A DNA stretch of 64,000 nt from a virus (IMGVR_UViG_3300046786_000370:15927-79926), one strand, 5' to 3'; positions 21,280 to 31,804 are shown, counted from the stretch's first letter. Made by a program: numbers and translations. The notes: generated from the letters alone by a model not told the origin.

Positions 21280-21834
21280 ATGAAATTGCACACAGAAATA
21301 GATATCCCTGACGTAGAATCAATTAGAACACAGGCTTTAAAAATTATCAGTCCTGATAATTATAACGATGCCAAACCTTTATTTGCTAATATACCAGATA
21401 GCAAAAACGTATTTTTAGGCATACCCGAACTTAAACGATTCTTAGACCGCCAGGGCTGGACTGGATATATTACAGGAATAATGTTCAATGTTATTCAAGC
21501 TAAAACTGTGTCATTGATACATACCGATGCGCCTATGTTCAATAAAAGTTTCAATATACCGCTATGTGGATATGAAGAATCTTATGTTGATTTCTTTGCC
21601 AAAAAAGCTGAACCTACTCTTGTCAATGATGGTAACAATGCTATTTCAACTGAATTTAGATATTGGACATTTGAAAGAGAAGATGTAGAATTAATTGAAC
21701 GTTACAAAACTTCTGGTCCGTATATGCTAAGAACTGAGGTGCCGCATCAAGTAATAAATGATGGACCATCTAAACGTGTTAACTTGTTAGTAAGACTAAG
21801 TCACAAATTAGATATATCTAAGCACTATGTTTAA
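21280..21834 (+). CDS. small 2OG-Fe(II) oxygenase-like paralog
   Basis: IHTDAP...NIPL...PHQVIN...RVNLLVR. Confidence 0.5.
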   Translation: MKLHTEIDIPDVESIRTQALKIISPDNYNDAKPLFANIPDSKNVFLGIPELKRFLDRQGWTGYITGIMFNVIQAKTVSLIHTDAPMFNKSFNIPLCGYEESYVDFFAKKAEPTLVNDGNNAISTEFRYWTFEREDVELIERYKTSGPYMLRTEVPHQVINDGPSKRVNLLVRLSHKLDISKHYV

Positions 21835-21837
21835 AAT

Positions 21838-21914
21838 TGGTCGGAGTACAAGGATTCGAACCTTGGACCCCCTGGTCCCAAACCAGGTGCGCTACCAGAC
21901 TGCGCTACACTCCG
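21838..21914 (-). tRNA. tRNA-Pro (TGG)
   Basis: Cloverleaf folded by eye with GGTTCGAATCC T-arm, anticodon loop TTTGGGA and encoded CCA. Confidence 0.65.
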
Positions 21915-21921
21915 AATTAAT

Positions 21922-21996
21922 TGGTGGGTGATGAGAGGATCGAACTCCCGACAAACTGCGTGTAAGGCAGCGACTCTACCGCTGAGCTAATCACCC
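21922..21996 (-). tRNA. tRNA-Val (TAC)
   Basis: Folded by eye: acceptor GGGTGAT/ATCACCC, loop CTTACAC, CCA encoded. Confidence 0.65.
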
Positions 21997-22003
21997 TGTA
22001 TTT

Positions 22004-22216
22004 TTATTTAACTTCTTGCTTCTGTAGTTTATCAAACTTTGAAACTAATCGTTCATCGTTATAAACTTCTGTAACAGAAGGATCTGTTTTCTTTTCAGCT
22101 TCTATTTCCTTAGAGACTTTATCTCTGCCGAAAATAATGTCCCATCTATTGTTATACTCTTCTTGTGTAACGCTAAATGGGCGTGGTGCTGAACCTTTAC
22201 CTGCTTCATGTGCCAT
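22004..22216 (-). CDS. hypothetical small protein
   Basis: ORF trimmed to the internal Met (MAHEAGKGSAPRPF) because the longer form overlaps tRNA-Gly. Confidence 0.35.
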   Translation of the reverse strand: MAHEAGKGSAPRPFSVTQEEYNNRWDIIFGRDKVSKEIEAEKKTDPSVTEVYNDERLVSKFDKLQKQEVK

Positions 22217-22237
22217 AATGAATCCTTTATAATAATT

Positions 22238-22311
22238 TGGAGCGGGATAACAGAATCGAACTGTCAGCATTAGCTTGGAAGGCTAAGGTATTACCACTAT
22301 ACGAATCCCGC
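22238..22311 (-). tRNA. tRNA-Gly (TCC)
   Basis: GCGGGAT acceptor, loop CTTCCAA, T-arm CAGTTCGATTCTG. Confidence 0.65.
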
Positions 22312-22597
22312 ATCTTATTGAAACACACTTAAACCGTTCTTCAGTGCTATGGACACTATCTCCTAATCCAAGTAGGCGTAGGGTATGTGCTTCAATAAAA
22401 TGTCTAGCTACTCTCACCACAAGAGCCCTAGACCGAGCTGTTACTCTGTCCACGTGCTTTTCCATTTAGACGGGCAACGTCCCCGCCTTTGTGATTTCTC
22501 AAGTCGCTTTAAACAAGCCTTGCGGTAGATCCAATGCACCGTGCCGTTAAGGTGTAGCAATTACCTAACTCTGTTACGTTGAGTTAACACGGGGTTT

Positions 22598-22672
22598 GGT
22601 TGCGGAGGATGGATTCGAACCACCGTCTCCCAGGTTATGAGCCTGATAGTCTGACCTCTGACGTACTCCGCG
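22598..22672 (-). tRNA. tRNA-Met/Ile2 (CAT)
   Basis: Loop CTCATAA, T-arm GGTGGTTCGAATCCATC. Confidence 0.6.
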
Positions 22673-22684
22673 GTAAATATATTT

Positions 22685-23230
22685 ATGGTTAACTGTCTTA
22701 ATATAAACTTAGATATAAATCCTCTGAGAGAAGGTTTAGATATAAATTCATTTGACAAAATTAGACATGTCAAATTTTCGTTTGATGATATCAATCCTAA
22801 ATTAATTTCATTTTTTAATAATTTAAATTTAACAGTAACATGGGCAGAACTATTTTATGTTCCATCTTTCTTTTGTACTACAATACACACTGACATCGAC
22901 TGGCGTGGCAAAGAAAATGACTACACTAAAATAAACTATGTGTTCGGCGGCAAAGATAGTCGAATGTATTGGTGGAAGATTAAACCCGGAGTATCAAATA
23001 CAATTGAACGTACAGCCTTAAGTAGTCAGTATATAAATTACAAACAGGACCAAGTTGACCTAATCGAAGAACAATCTATTGGCTTTCCTAGTATAGTTCA
23101 AGCTGGGATACCACACAATATACGAACTTTTTCAGAAGCTAGACGCTGCCTAAGTTTAGTATTAAGAAAAGAATATAATACTAGATTAACTATGGCAGAG
23201 TCTATAGAAATATTCAAAGAATATTTATAA
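22685..23230 (+). CDS. small 2OG-Fe(II) oxygenase-like paralog
   Basis: IHTDIDW...PHNIRT...R. Confidence 0.45.
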   Translation: MVNCLNINLDINPLREGLDINSFDKIRHVKFSFDDINPKLISFFNNLNLTVTWAELFYVPSFFCTTIHTDIDWRGKENDYTKINYVFGGKDSRMYWWKIKPGVSNTIERTALSSQYINYKQDQVDLIEEQSIGFPSIVQAGIPHNIRTFSEARRCLSLVLRKEYNTRLTMAESIEIFKEYL

Positions 23231-23794
23231 CAATGCCTCTGCCATCAGCGTTTGAACTGTGTCTGCGTTAAGAACAATGTCTGTACGCACATTCAATTCC
23301 AACACTTCGTCTTGAAGCTTTTGTTTAGCTTTTTTAGCCAATCCAACAAATACTTTAAAACCTTTAATGTCTGCTTCTGTAAAAACAGTAGTAGTCACTG
23401 TGCTTTCAAAACCGTAGATACTGCGAGTATCTTCTTTACGGTTCTTAATCTTGTCCAACTTACCAAGTACAACTGCTTCTTGTTCGCGAACTTCATTACC
23501 AGCTAGTGCTGTATAATTTTGAATCTGCTTTTCAAGATAAGCAATCTCTGTAAGTTTGTCGTCAACACCCACACGACTGTTAGCGGCGCTAACTTGCTTG
23601 CGAATGTCATAGAGTGCTTTAACCAAAGAATCACGACGATTCAAATTAGTTTTGAACTCTGTTGTAGCCTTGTCAATTTCCATGATAGGACTATGGAACT
23701 CTGTTAGGCTAACTTGACCCTTTAGGTCAATACCTTTGATAGCATCATTGATGCTGTTTTGCAAAGCACTGGCTTTGCGTAGACTGATATTCAT
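23225..23794 (-). CDS. coiled-coil hypothetical protein
   Basis: 189 aa ORF. Confidence 0.4.
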   Translation of the reverse strand: MNISLRKASALQNSINDAIKGIDLKGQVSLTEFHSPIMEIDKATTEFKTNLNRRDSLVKALYDIRKQVSAANSRVGVDDKLTEIAYLEKQIQNYTALAGNEVREQEAVVLGKLDKIKNRKEDTRSIYGFESTVTTTVFTEADIKGFKVFVGLAKKAKQKLQDEVLELNVRTDIVLNADTVQTLMAEALL

Positions 23795-23968
23795 TTATTT
23801 CTTTTCCTTAAAGTTTCGGTTCTTACTCTGATGAGCATCCGAGATCAACACTTGCACATAACTGCGAATAAATGCGCCACGTTTATGTGCGTCAACAATA
23901 GTTGCCGAACGGCGTTTAATTGCTTTGGGTAGCTTAACTGCTTTGCTATCGTATCCTGTACATGACAT
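23795..23968 (-). CDS. small basic protein (57 aa)
   Basis: ORF MSCTGYDSKAVKLPKAIKRR... below the size cutoff of the ORF track; preceded by TTGACT-N17-TATAAT and an AAGGAAA RBS. Confidence 0.4.
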   Translation of the reverse strand: MSCTGYDSKAVKLPKAIKRRSATIVDAHKRGAFIRSYVQVLISDAHQSKNRNFKEKK

Positions 23969-24284
23969 TGTGTGTTTCCTTTAAAAAATATATTATACAA
24001 CAAAATAAAAGCGGAGTCAAGAAAGTAAGTAACCAACTGGACAAATAACATGCGGATTAGCTTTCACTAAAATCCTGACAAGTCACAATGCACAAGGCAC
24101 AGAGACTTGTATATGTCTGGTCAGCAAATCACAAAGTTGATAGTTAACACCAGTTCACACAAGCACGAGGCGTTTTCAAGGCGCCAGCCAGAGTATTGTT
24201 CGTAATCGCATGAAGCGATAACGGATGTTAGTTCTCGTCTCTTTCTTTTCTCCTAGTATGTAGCATAACTACCTACCTAACTAG

Positions 24285-24323
24285 TATTATAGCAAAGTAT
24301 TTGAATAATGTCAACTAAATTGG
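24285..24323 (-). promoter_or_regulatory. sigma70-like promoter TTGACAttattc-N-TATAAT (distal)
   Basis: 17-nt spacer; would give a ~300-nt leader before the 23968 gene. Confidence 0.4.
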
Positions 24324-24382
24324 CAAACTAAATTTTAGATATAACAACTTAAATAGTCATATACATTTTTAATGAGGTAACT

Positions 24383-24739
24383 ATGTACACAGTGAATGTT
24401 AATTGGATTGGCGGGCCTGAATGGGACAACGAAGCACCCAGCATGTTTAATCCAAACAAAAAGAAAAGCGCCACAGAGCATTTAATTGAAACTGGCGGAC
24501 AATCAATCGATGACGCTATTGAAAGCTTTGATAAATTTAGAAACTATCCTATTAAGGTAGAACAATATAAAAAGCCTGGAGTTAATTGGGTAACAGCTCT
24601 TCACGTCACTGAACAAGATGATGTCAAAGCTTTGGCCATCGTAGAAGAATTAGTTGTTAAGTATAAAAAGAAACAAGAAGAACTTGCTACCAATTCTTCC
24701 GGTTATGCCATTGAAATTGATGTTGTTTCTGATCAATAA
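24383..24739 (+). CDS. hypothetical protein
   Basis: 118 aa ORF; GAGG RBS. Confidence 0.45.
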   Translation: MYTVNVNWIGGPEWDNEAPSMFNPNKKKSATEHLIETGGQSIDDAIESFDKFRNYPIKVEQYKKPGVNWVTALHVTEQDDVKALAIVEELVVKYKKKQEELATNSSGYAIEIDVVSDQ

Positions 24740-25482
24740 GTTGTCAGGTTATCAATACCTAACTTTTGCTTAAACTCGTCAGTAAACACTCCATCAATTC
24801 TCAACGACCAAGTCATACACTCATTTGTATCTCCTCCGTGCATATCTAAATCATTAAAAAAGATAACGGGGGAGTTTACATCGTGTCTTTCTTGCGTGTC
24901 TTCATTATAAACATAAAACTTTTTAATACCTGTTGGATTAATCCACAGAAATTCATTCTTATGCGGTACTTGGGCAACACCATCTCTGTGTACTGGTAAC
25001 TGGCAATCATGCTCATGTAAGAAGAATAAAATTCTTCCATATTCTTTAAATACAGTACCTATCAAATTATCCAGCCAGCTTTTTAGCGTGGGGAAATTAT
25101 TGATATTATTCGTCCAATCAAATGAGTCTGCGTAAGCTTTCTTACGATAAGCAACTAACGGGTCTATGCCCTTTTTATTTTCTCTTAGATAAACAACTGT
25201 GCTAGGATTATAAAGATGAAAGTATAACTTAGCAAAAACATTTTGCTGATTATGAGTCATTGTATTCCAGCCGTATTGATCGCCTTCTTCGCGGGCCAGT
25301 TTACTTTTCATAAGCATAAAGTTACCATAGCGTTCACTTTCCTGAACCCCTGGACCATATACGCCTGCTTTAATATCGCTTTTTGCAATACCCAAGCATA
25401 TTTCCATGTTTATATCTTTAAGTGTTTGTATGTCTAGATGCTCTTGGCAATCTACAAACGGCTTGTTGCCGATGCCTCTCAT
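24733..25482 (-). CDS. hypothetical protein (possible oxygenase)
   Basis: 249 aa ORF containing HEHDCQLPVHRDG. Confidence 0.4.
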   Translation of the reverse strand: MRGIGNKPFVDCQEHLDIQTLKDINMEICLGIAKSDIKAGVYGPGVQESERYGNFMLMKSKLAREEGDQYGWNTMTHNQQNVFAKLYFHLYNPSTVVYLRENKKGIDPLVAYRKKAYADSFDWTNNINNFPTLKSWLDNLIGTVFKEYGRILFFLHEHDCQLPVHRDGVAQVPHKNEFLWINPTGIKKFYVYNEDTQERHDVNSPVIFFNDLDMHGGDTNECMTWSLRIDGVFTDEFKQKLGIDNLTTY

Positions 25483-25483
25483 A

Positions 25484-26032
25484 TTATTCCTTTATTAAAA
25501 AGTCTGGATCAGTTTTAAATCGAAAAGTTAACAACCCTCTTAAATGAGTTGTATTGTTCCATGCGCTGTGTGGTTTAGTTATATTAAGTAATACCGGACA
25601 AAACGATTTGTATTCTCCGATCTTTTCAACATACTCAGGCTCTACTTTAGAGTATACGACTTTGTCTCCATCTCTATGATTGATTTCTACTCGACGATCG
25701 CCAAGGAATTCATATACTCGTGTTGTAGAGGCGCCAGCCAAAGGTGTCAATGGTATATTGATAGCCAATTTTGGCCCGTCTTGCTCTTCATAGTCTACAT
25801 GAATATCTTGTTTAAATCCTGGTCTATGATTTATTAAAAATATCTGTGTGACTACTAGATCGTGTTTACCAAACCAATCAAACAAAGAAGGCATGAGATC
25901 TTTGACTTCTGATACTTCCATTTGCTGGAATTTGGATTCCGTTAATGGCCATTTATTAAGAAAATTATCAATGTCTTGTTTGTTATAATCAATGTACAGA
26001 TACTTAAAATAAAAGTCCGAGTTCTTTTGCAT
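25484..26032 (-). CDS. small 2OG-Fe(II) oxygenase-like paralog
   Basis: IHVDYEE...NIPL...PHSAWN...R. Confidence 0.45.
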   Translation of the reverse strand: MQKNSDFYFKYLYIDYNKQDIDNFLNKWPLTESKFQQMEVSEVKDLMPSLFDWFGKHDLVVTQIFLINHRPGFKQDIHVDYEEQDGPKLAINIPLTPLAGASTTRVYEFLGDRRVEINHRDGDKVVYSKVEPEYVEKIGEYKSFCPVLLNITKPHSAWNNTTHLRGLLTFRFKTDPDFLIKE

Positions 26033-26844
26033 TACGTTCTTTTCTTAATCAAATCAATGACAACGCCGCTGGGATCTACTTCCCACCAATTAACACGACC
26101 GAAATGGTATGCCTTTACGTCACCGTGGTGATTGTTATGCCAACATTCGCCTAATACCAATGGAAATAATATAGGTGCGTTGACGCTATTATCTCCGGTT
26201 TCATAATTTTTATAACCTAAGCTTTGGAAATGATTCAAGCAATTAGTTGCCGCATAGCTGTGAAATGTGATAAAGCTAGGAACTATGACAAACCAAATCC
26301 AAAAATCAAAACTAACTAATGCTATGATTAAATTTACTGCCCAGTACATTGGCATATAGTATTTGTGGCAAAATGCGTAAAAAGGTACTTTAAGTAAATC
26401 AATGATGTCTTTATAGTTAATGTCTTTTTCTTCAACTTTCCACAACCATAAGAACCAACTAGTAGCAATACCTTTTTTAGGTGTATGCGGATCTTTGTCT
26501 CCATCGCTATAAGGATGATGTAAGTTTCTGTGTATAGCGGTCCAGAATATAGGACTGCCCTGTCCTGCTAGCATGGCAAAGAATAGTATAACATATTTAA
26601 TAGGTGCCCAAGTTTCAAAACTCTTGTGACTAACATATCTATGATATCCGATAGTCACGCCTAGAACCATGATACAGAAGTAGCCCATGGCCAAATATAA
26701 CCAATAAATGTTTTGCCAATAACCCATGAATGCGCCAACAATAGCACTTACTGCAATTAAATTCATAGGTATTAAACCTCCCCATAAATTTTTATACTTA
26801 AAGGTTAAAGTTATAAATTCTTTGAATGTTAATTTGTTACGCAT
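26032..26844 (-). CDS. membrane fatty-acid desaturase
   Basis: His boxes HRYVSH, HRNLHH and WHNNHH. Confidence 0.75.
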   Translation of the reverse strand: MRNKLTFKEFITLTFKYKNLWGGLIPMNLIAVSAIVGAFMGYWQNIYWLYLAMGYFCIMVLGVTIGYHRYVSHKSFETWAPIKYVILFFAMLAGQGSPIFWTAIHRNLHHPYSDGDKDPHTPKKGIATSWFLWLWKVEEKDINYKDIIDLLKVPFYAFCHKYYMPMYWAVNLIIALVSFDFWIWFVIVPSFITFHSYAATNCLNHFQSLGYKNYETGDNSVNAPILFPLVLGECWHNNHHGDVKAYHFGRVNWWEVDPSGVVIDLIKKRT

Positions 26845-28015
26845 TTTTATTCCAGTTATAGGTTTTAGGCACCAAGTGTTCCCACTTTTTCGTACCAGTT
26901 CTTACTCTTATTTCACTATTTAGTAGAACTTTGCCCATGCTACCCCAAACCCAGTCTATGTCGGGCTGTGTGTTGGGAGGAACAATAATACTCCATTCAT
27001 AGTCATATGAACTGTCTATTTCTTTAAAATATCTATCTGCCACAGCCTGATATCTTCTGCTGTTTGTAGCAGGGATAACCATGTGCCATTTCTTTAAGCC
27101 GAAGCCTTCGCAGACTTCAAACATCTTAGTCCATAACTCTAGCATGCCGTTTGTTCTCACTGTATAACCAGGACGGCTTTTTAAATTACCTACTACCCAG
27201 CCATCGTTGTATGGTGCCGGTAAATCACATCTCCAACTCATACAACTAACTAACAAATCATCTTCGAAGTATCCATATAAGTGATGTACACTATCTTGAG
27301 GTTCTAAATACCACTTTTGCATGCCTTCTAGCCAGCGTGTTCTATATCGTAGAATGTCGCCAACATCATCAGCAAGCACATCGGTGATATTACCTTTTGT
27401 GTTGACTAAATCTTTTAATTGACCAAAGTCACTCATTGTTAGTCTGTGTATGCCGTTCTTTTTAGGATCTTCAACGTTTTTCCAGTCACTGATTTTACTA
27501 ACATCACCGTGATATATAATCTTTTGCCAGCACGATTCATCTTGTTCATTATTACAAGTTAAAAACTTTTCATCTGGAAGATAAAATTGTAGCCCAGTCA
27601 TTGCTGTCAGCTTTTTAGAAGCCCATCTTTGCCACTTACCGTCGCCTTGACGACTCATGAATACACCGTCGGCTTTTCTAAGTTCACACCAATTGATTTG
27701 ATCTTCTAATACCTTGGCAAATCCTTCATTGATATCAAAAATAGGATTAGACAAAATGTTTGGCTTCCATAGCCTATTTAGAATACGATAAGTGTTGTCT
27801 GGCCAACACGGTCTTTGTAATATGCTACAAACTATCTCGGGCTCTCCTGAATGTCCCCAATAAATAGTCTTAGCACTAACTTCACTGACATGATCCGGGC
27901 TGTAGTTTTTGTATAATCGATGTCCAACTTTGAGATAATGTAATTTTCTCAACTCTTCGTATATACCGTCTAATACTGGATCTGATACCCAAGTTACTGC
28001 TTGATTCTTATACAT
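26837..28015 (-). CDS. hypothetical protein
   Basis: 392 aa ORF. Confidence 0.45.
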   Translation of the reverse strand: MYKNQAVTWVSDPVLDGIYEELRKLHYLKVGHRLYKNYSPDHVSEVSAKTIYWGHSGEPEIVCSILQRPCWPDNTYRILNRLWKPNILSNPIFDINEGFAKVLEDQINWCELRKADGVFMSRQGDGKWQRWASKKLTAMTGLQFYLPDEKFLTCNNEQDESCWQKIIYHGDVSKISDWKNVEDPKKNGIHRLTMSDFGQLKDLVNTKGNITDVLADDVGDILRYRTRWLEGMQKWYLEPQDSVHHLYGYFEDDLLVSCMSWRCDLPAPYNDGWVVGNLKSRPGYTVRTNGMLELWTKMFEVCEGFGLKKWHMVIPATNSRRYQAVADRYFKEIDSSYDYEWSIIVPPNTQPDIDWVWGSMGKVLLNSEIRVRTGTKKWEHLVPKTYNWNKNA

Positions 28016-28186
28016 AATTTAAAAATGAAATTAATTCCTAGTCCTTGCAAAAGTATTTGTAGAATTCAAAACAATGTTTGTGTTGGTTGTAAACGCACTA
28101 AAGACGAAATTAACACTTGGTCTAAGTTGTCTAACGAACAGAAAAAAATCATTGTTGATAGAATTTCTAATCAATCTACTAATTAA
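28001..28186 (+). CDS. DUF1289-like small Cys-rich protein
   Basis: CKSICRIQNNVCVGCKRTKDEINTW pattern; plus-strand ORF in an inter-gene gap. Confidence 0.35.
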   Translation: MILIHNLKMKLIPSPCKSICRIQNNVCVGCKRTKDEINTWSKLSNEQKKIIVDRISNQSTN

Positions 28187-28830
28187 AGATATTTACACCT
28201 GTTAGGGTATTTTTCAGCACTTCTTTTAAAATGCTCTATCATCAAATCTTTGTCTTTGAGATTGTGTAGAGTTAACAAAATAATTTTGTTCACGCCATCT
28301 TCTCTATTAGAGCCATGTAAACATGTTGCATTGTTGTACGCAAACATATTTGTTTCTTTTGGCAAATCCGCATAGTTTACACCGCCTTGTGGATGATAAA
28401 CCTTGAAAGTTGGCAATGGATTTTCGTTGTAGATCATCGATCTAATAGCCACTGCTTCTGGAGCATAATCTCTGTGATATGGTATAGGTTGATTGCTCAT
28501 CCACAATCTACAAAATATAATCTCAGCCCATGGACAGGCCGCTTCTAAGTCTTCTATTACATTTGGAAATATTTCTTTGTAATCTAAAAAAGGCACTTCC
28601 CAGTGATTGTTTTCTAACATACTACTGTGTTTAGCGTAGATGTTTAAGCCTTTAAAGAAATCAATCTTTTTAGAATTTTCCGATGCTGTATTTCCAGCTG
28701 GATCGCTTTTTACAATATGACTAGAACCAGCATGTTTATTCCATGCGTTCCAGAAAAAGTCCCAATCATTTGGCTGTATCGGGGGTGCGTCTAATACAGT
28801 CCACACTAAATTTTCTTCATTAATATTCAT
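28183..28830 (-). CDS. cupin/2OG-Fe(II) oxygenase-like protein (tandem triplet member 1)
   Basis: YHRDYAP...CLHGSNRE. Confidence 0.45.
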   Translation of the reverse strand: MNINEENLVWTVLDAPPIQPNDWDFFWNAWNKHAGSSHIVKSDPAGNTASENSKKIDFFKGLNIYAKHSSMLENNHWEVPFLDYKEIFPNVIEDLEAACPWAEIIFCRLWMSNQPIPYHRDYAPEAVAIRSMIYNENPLPTFKVYHPQGGVNYADLPKETNMFAYNNATCLHGSNREDGVNKIILLTLHNLKDKDLMIEHFKRSAEKYPNRCKYL

Positions 28831-29495
28831 TGTAATTCCCAGGCTAGACCTTTGTCTTTAGATTCTTGTACTTGTTTTAACAATAAACCTTGATCTTTAA
28901 CTCTGCCAAAACTCTTCATCAATACTTTATAGTGACTAGGATCATAATCCGCACCATGGAAGAATTTTAGATTATTAAAGGCAAAGGTATTACGTTCTTG
29001 ATTATATGGAACGTATTTCTCTTCTCTAGTTTCGTTGCTACGTAGTTTAAATGTAGGACTTGGATTGTTGTCATATATTAAACTACGAACAGCCACAGGA
29101 GCAGGCTGTAATGGAGCAGGATCGATGTGATAAAACACTGGCTTAATACAAGCCCATAACACAACTACTTCACATTCGTACCATGGAAGTTTTTCTTCCA
29201 TTTCTTCTACATAAGCATTCCACATCTCAGGAGCATCTAATACAATGTTTTGCTTCCATGTACTACCTTTGAGATAGCTGTCATTCTTCATCCATGTAAT
29301 CATACCTTCGAAGTTGGCAGTATTATAAAGCAGTTGCAAATCATTGCCGCCACTGCTTAAATCTCCTAGGTTGTCTTTTTTCATTTTTGTTAACAACTCT
29401 TTTTTATCATTCCATATGTCCCAAAACAGAGGCATATTATTAGGATATAAAGGTGCAACGTCTGGTATGAAATATCCTATCTTGCTTAAATCCAT
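28827..29495 (-). CDS. cupin/2OG-Fe(II) oxygenase-like protein (tandem triplet member 2)
   Basis: FYHIDPAP...FFHGADYD; ATGA coupling with its neighbour. Confidence 0.45.
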   Translation of the reverse strand: MDLSKIGYFIPDVAPLYPNNMPLFWDIWNDKKELLTKMKKDNLGDLSSGGNDLQLLYNTANFEGMITWMKNDSYLKGSTWKQNIVLDAPEMWNAYVEEMEEKLPWYECEVVVLWACIKPVFYHIDPAPLQPAPVAVRSLIYDNNPSPTFKLRSNETREEKYVPYNQERNTFAFNNLKFFHGADYDPSHYKVLMKSFGRVKDQGLLLKQVQESKDKGLAWELQ

Positions 29496-30139
29496 TATTC
29501 TATTCCTTCATATTTCGAGCCGGCAGCTATTTCATTATTTATATAAGCTTTCAGTCCTTCTGGATCTACTAATGGTCCGTCTATTCTAACTAATACTTTA
29601 CGACCGTTCATCGGTGCATGCGCTCCATGTAGATAGTTTTCATTATTAAACAAAAATAAATTCGGACCTGTTCTTAACTTAGGTGTCAATAATTTGTATC
29701 TTGCTTTACTGACAAGAAAAAATGTATCATTTTCACATTCGTCTAACAACGCAATCCTCGGAGCACTTGGAAATAAATCCTTGGGCAATCCGTCGTGATG
29801 TGCTTTTATTTGTTGCTTGTTTGACCATAACGTGATTCCATGTATGTCATACCACGGCAAAGATTCTAAAATCCTTTTATTCATTTCGCCAAACAATTCA
29901 TCATTTGGTTTGTAGTTAACACGCCAAACAATTTGATTCTGGTAGCCGGGCTTTTGCCATACTGTTACGCCATCCCAAAACTCGCCTTCAAAGCCGCCAC
30001 CATTACCTCTGCTGTCTTTTTGTATTCTTTTAATTGGGATATTAACTTCATTCCACCATGCCCATAATTTTTCGCTGTCGATTTCAAAGCGAGGCAAGTT
30101 TGGTACAATGTATCCTAATTTAGATAAATCATCAACCAT
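29495..30139 (-). CDS. cupin/2OG-Fe(II) oxygenase-like protein (tandem triplet member 3)
   Basis: KAHHDGLP...YLHGAHAP. Confidence 0.45.
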   Translation of the reverse strand: MVDDLSKLGYIVPNLPRFEIDSEKLWAWWNEVNIPIKRIQKDSRGNGGGFEGEFWDGVTVWQKPGYQNQIVWRVNYKPNDELFGEMNKRILESLPWYDIHGITLWSNKQQIKAHHDGLPKDLFPSAPRIALLDECENDTFFLVSKARYKLLTPKLRTGPNLFLFNNENYLHGAHAPMNGRKVLVRIDGPLVDPEGLKAYINNEIAAGSKYEGIE

Positions 30140-31538
30140 TACTTTTTCCTTCTATCAAATGCCATGGGTCATTATAAAATCTAAAACTCAAACTTACTCT
30201 AGGTTTGTCTGTGTTGTTTACTACGCTGTGAACTTTTTTAACATTTAAAATAACCGGCTTATCTAACACATAATTAGCCTGTGGATCAACCCCGCTGACC
30301 AAATATCTATAATAAGGTATATATGTTCCCTTAGTCATTAATTTAATAGACGTTAGACCTTCTTCATCCCACATTTCAGTTGTTACTTGATCAGTATTTG
30401 TAACAGGAAAGTTGATAGCTAAAATCTCGTCGCCGTCATCTAGATGAGGACTTTGCCTTGTGTTTGGCGGCGTAGATATATAAGCAACCTTAATAGGATT
30501 AATTTTATTTGCTGTACACCACTTTTTAAAACTAGGCAATGCTTCTAAAACTTTACGACAGTCGATTATTTTAAAATAACTATCTGGTACAGGATTGTCT
30601 ATGTAAAACTGATCTATTTCTTTTTTGATATCTTCAAAGGCACCGATACCTAAATAATTATAGTAAAATTTTTCGGCACGCCAGTACGGTGCTAGGCCTA
30701 TCCTTCTGTTATGTTTGTCATAAGCAAACAGAATACTCTTTGTCGGAGTTAGATTATACTTTAAACAAATGTTTTCTAATTTGTTTCCGTAAGTATCCCA
30801 CCAATAAGTCAGTGGCATTTTTTCTAATAGCTTAGTAGCTAAATTAACCCCAGATAAATTCACGTAACCTATCCAATTAAGAACCTCTAACTCTGGTATT
30901 TCTTTTTTAGAATATAAAAGACTAATTCTATTGTAAGGTATAGACAGTGATTTACTAAAACTTACGCTAATAGTTTCGAAGGCAGATACATCAATTTGAT
31001 CAGGTTCAGTTAAACCTAAATAAGCGCAATCTAAATGCACTCTCTTAGGATTACATTGTAATGCAAAATCTAGTTCGGTTCTGTCGCCTTGACTATATCC
31101 GGGCCAGGAAACTACCATATCGTCGACATTTTTAGGCTCTTCTAAAATCTGACATTGTTTGCCAGACTTTTCATGCCAGTGAGAATAATAACTATAATCT
31201 CCTTTTTTAAATGCAATGTTACCAACACGTCTGAACAATTCGTCAAGACTGTGCGAATTGCCATTCATAACATATACATACGGGAAATTTCTTTTGGTAA
31301 GATTAAAGAGCCAGTTGCTGGCCCATTGTGTTGCTAATTTTTTTAATTTTGCTGTTGTATCCCATCGTTCTTTCCAATGGAATTCTCTATCCCATGGGCT
31401 ATACATTTCGATAGTATTAGCCTCACGGATAATGTCAGAGACAAAATCATCTCTGATGGGCTTTATAAGTGTTTTATAAAACTCATCTATATGATTTAAA
31501 TCTCTGTGTTCGTCTGCTTTTAAAACGTCATTAGACAT
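30132..31538 (-). CDS. large hypothetical protein
   Basis: 468 aa ORF sitting between the oxygenase triplet and ACP. Confidence 0.45.
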   Translation of the reverse strand: MSNDVLKADEHRDLNHIDEFYKTLIKPIRDDFVSDIIREANTIEMYSPWDREFHWKERWDTTAKLKKLATQWASNWLFNLTKRNFPYVYVMNGNSHSLDELFRRVGNIAFKKGDYSYYSHWHEKSGKQCQILEEPKNVDDMVVSWPGYSQGDRTELDFALQCNPKRVHLDCAYLGLTEPDQIDVSAFETISVSFSKSLSIPYNRISLLYSKKEIPELEVLNWIGYVNLSGVNLATKLLEKMPLTYWWDTYGNKLENICLKYNLTPTKSILFAYDKHNRRIGLAPYWRAEKFYYNYLGIGAFEDIKKEIDQFYIDNPVPDSYFKIIDCRKVLEALPSFKKWCTANKINPIKVAYISTPPNTRQSPHLDDGDEILAINFPVTNTDQVTTEMWDEEGLTSIKLMTKGTYIPYYRYLVSGVDPQANYVLDKPVILNVKKVHSVVNNTDKPRVSLSFRFYNDPWHLIEGKSNG

Positions 31539-31758
31539 TTAAATGATCCAGCAAATGGCCAACAGTTCTGATGTCATTTTCTGGGTCTGGAATTTCTACG
31601 TTATATCGTTTTTCAAATTCCATTTGAAGTTCAACAATATCTAAACTGTCTAATCCAAGATCTTGGATTGGTGTGTCTCTGTTAATTTCTGGAAGTTGCT
31701 TTTTAAATAAATCATCGAAGGCCGATTTTAAAAAGTCAAATTTTTCTTGGTCTGTCAT
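31531..31758 (-). CDS. acyl carrier protein
   Basis: LGLDSLDIVEL phosphopantetheine-attachment motif; 75 aa acidic protein. Confidence 0.7.
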   Translation of the reverse strand: MTDQEKFDFLKSAFDDLFKKQLPEINRDTPIQDLGLDSLDIVELQMEFEKRYNVEIPDPENDIRTVGHLLDHLNV

Positions 31759-31804
31759 GTTGTCCTCATTAAAAAATTATAAAGTATTTAAGAAATTGTG
31801 CCAC

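Noticed and set aside
22283-22794. ORF-track hits 22283..22465 and 22561..22794
   Set aside because: They overlap tRNA-Gly and tRNA-Met or lie in tRNA spacer sequence, have no RBS, and are arbitrary frames.
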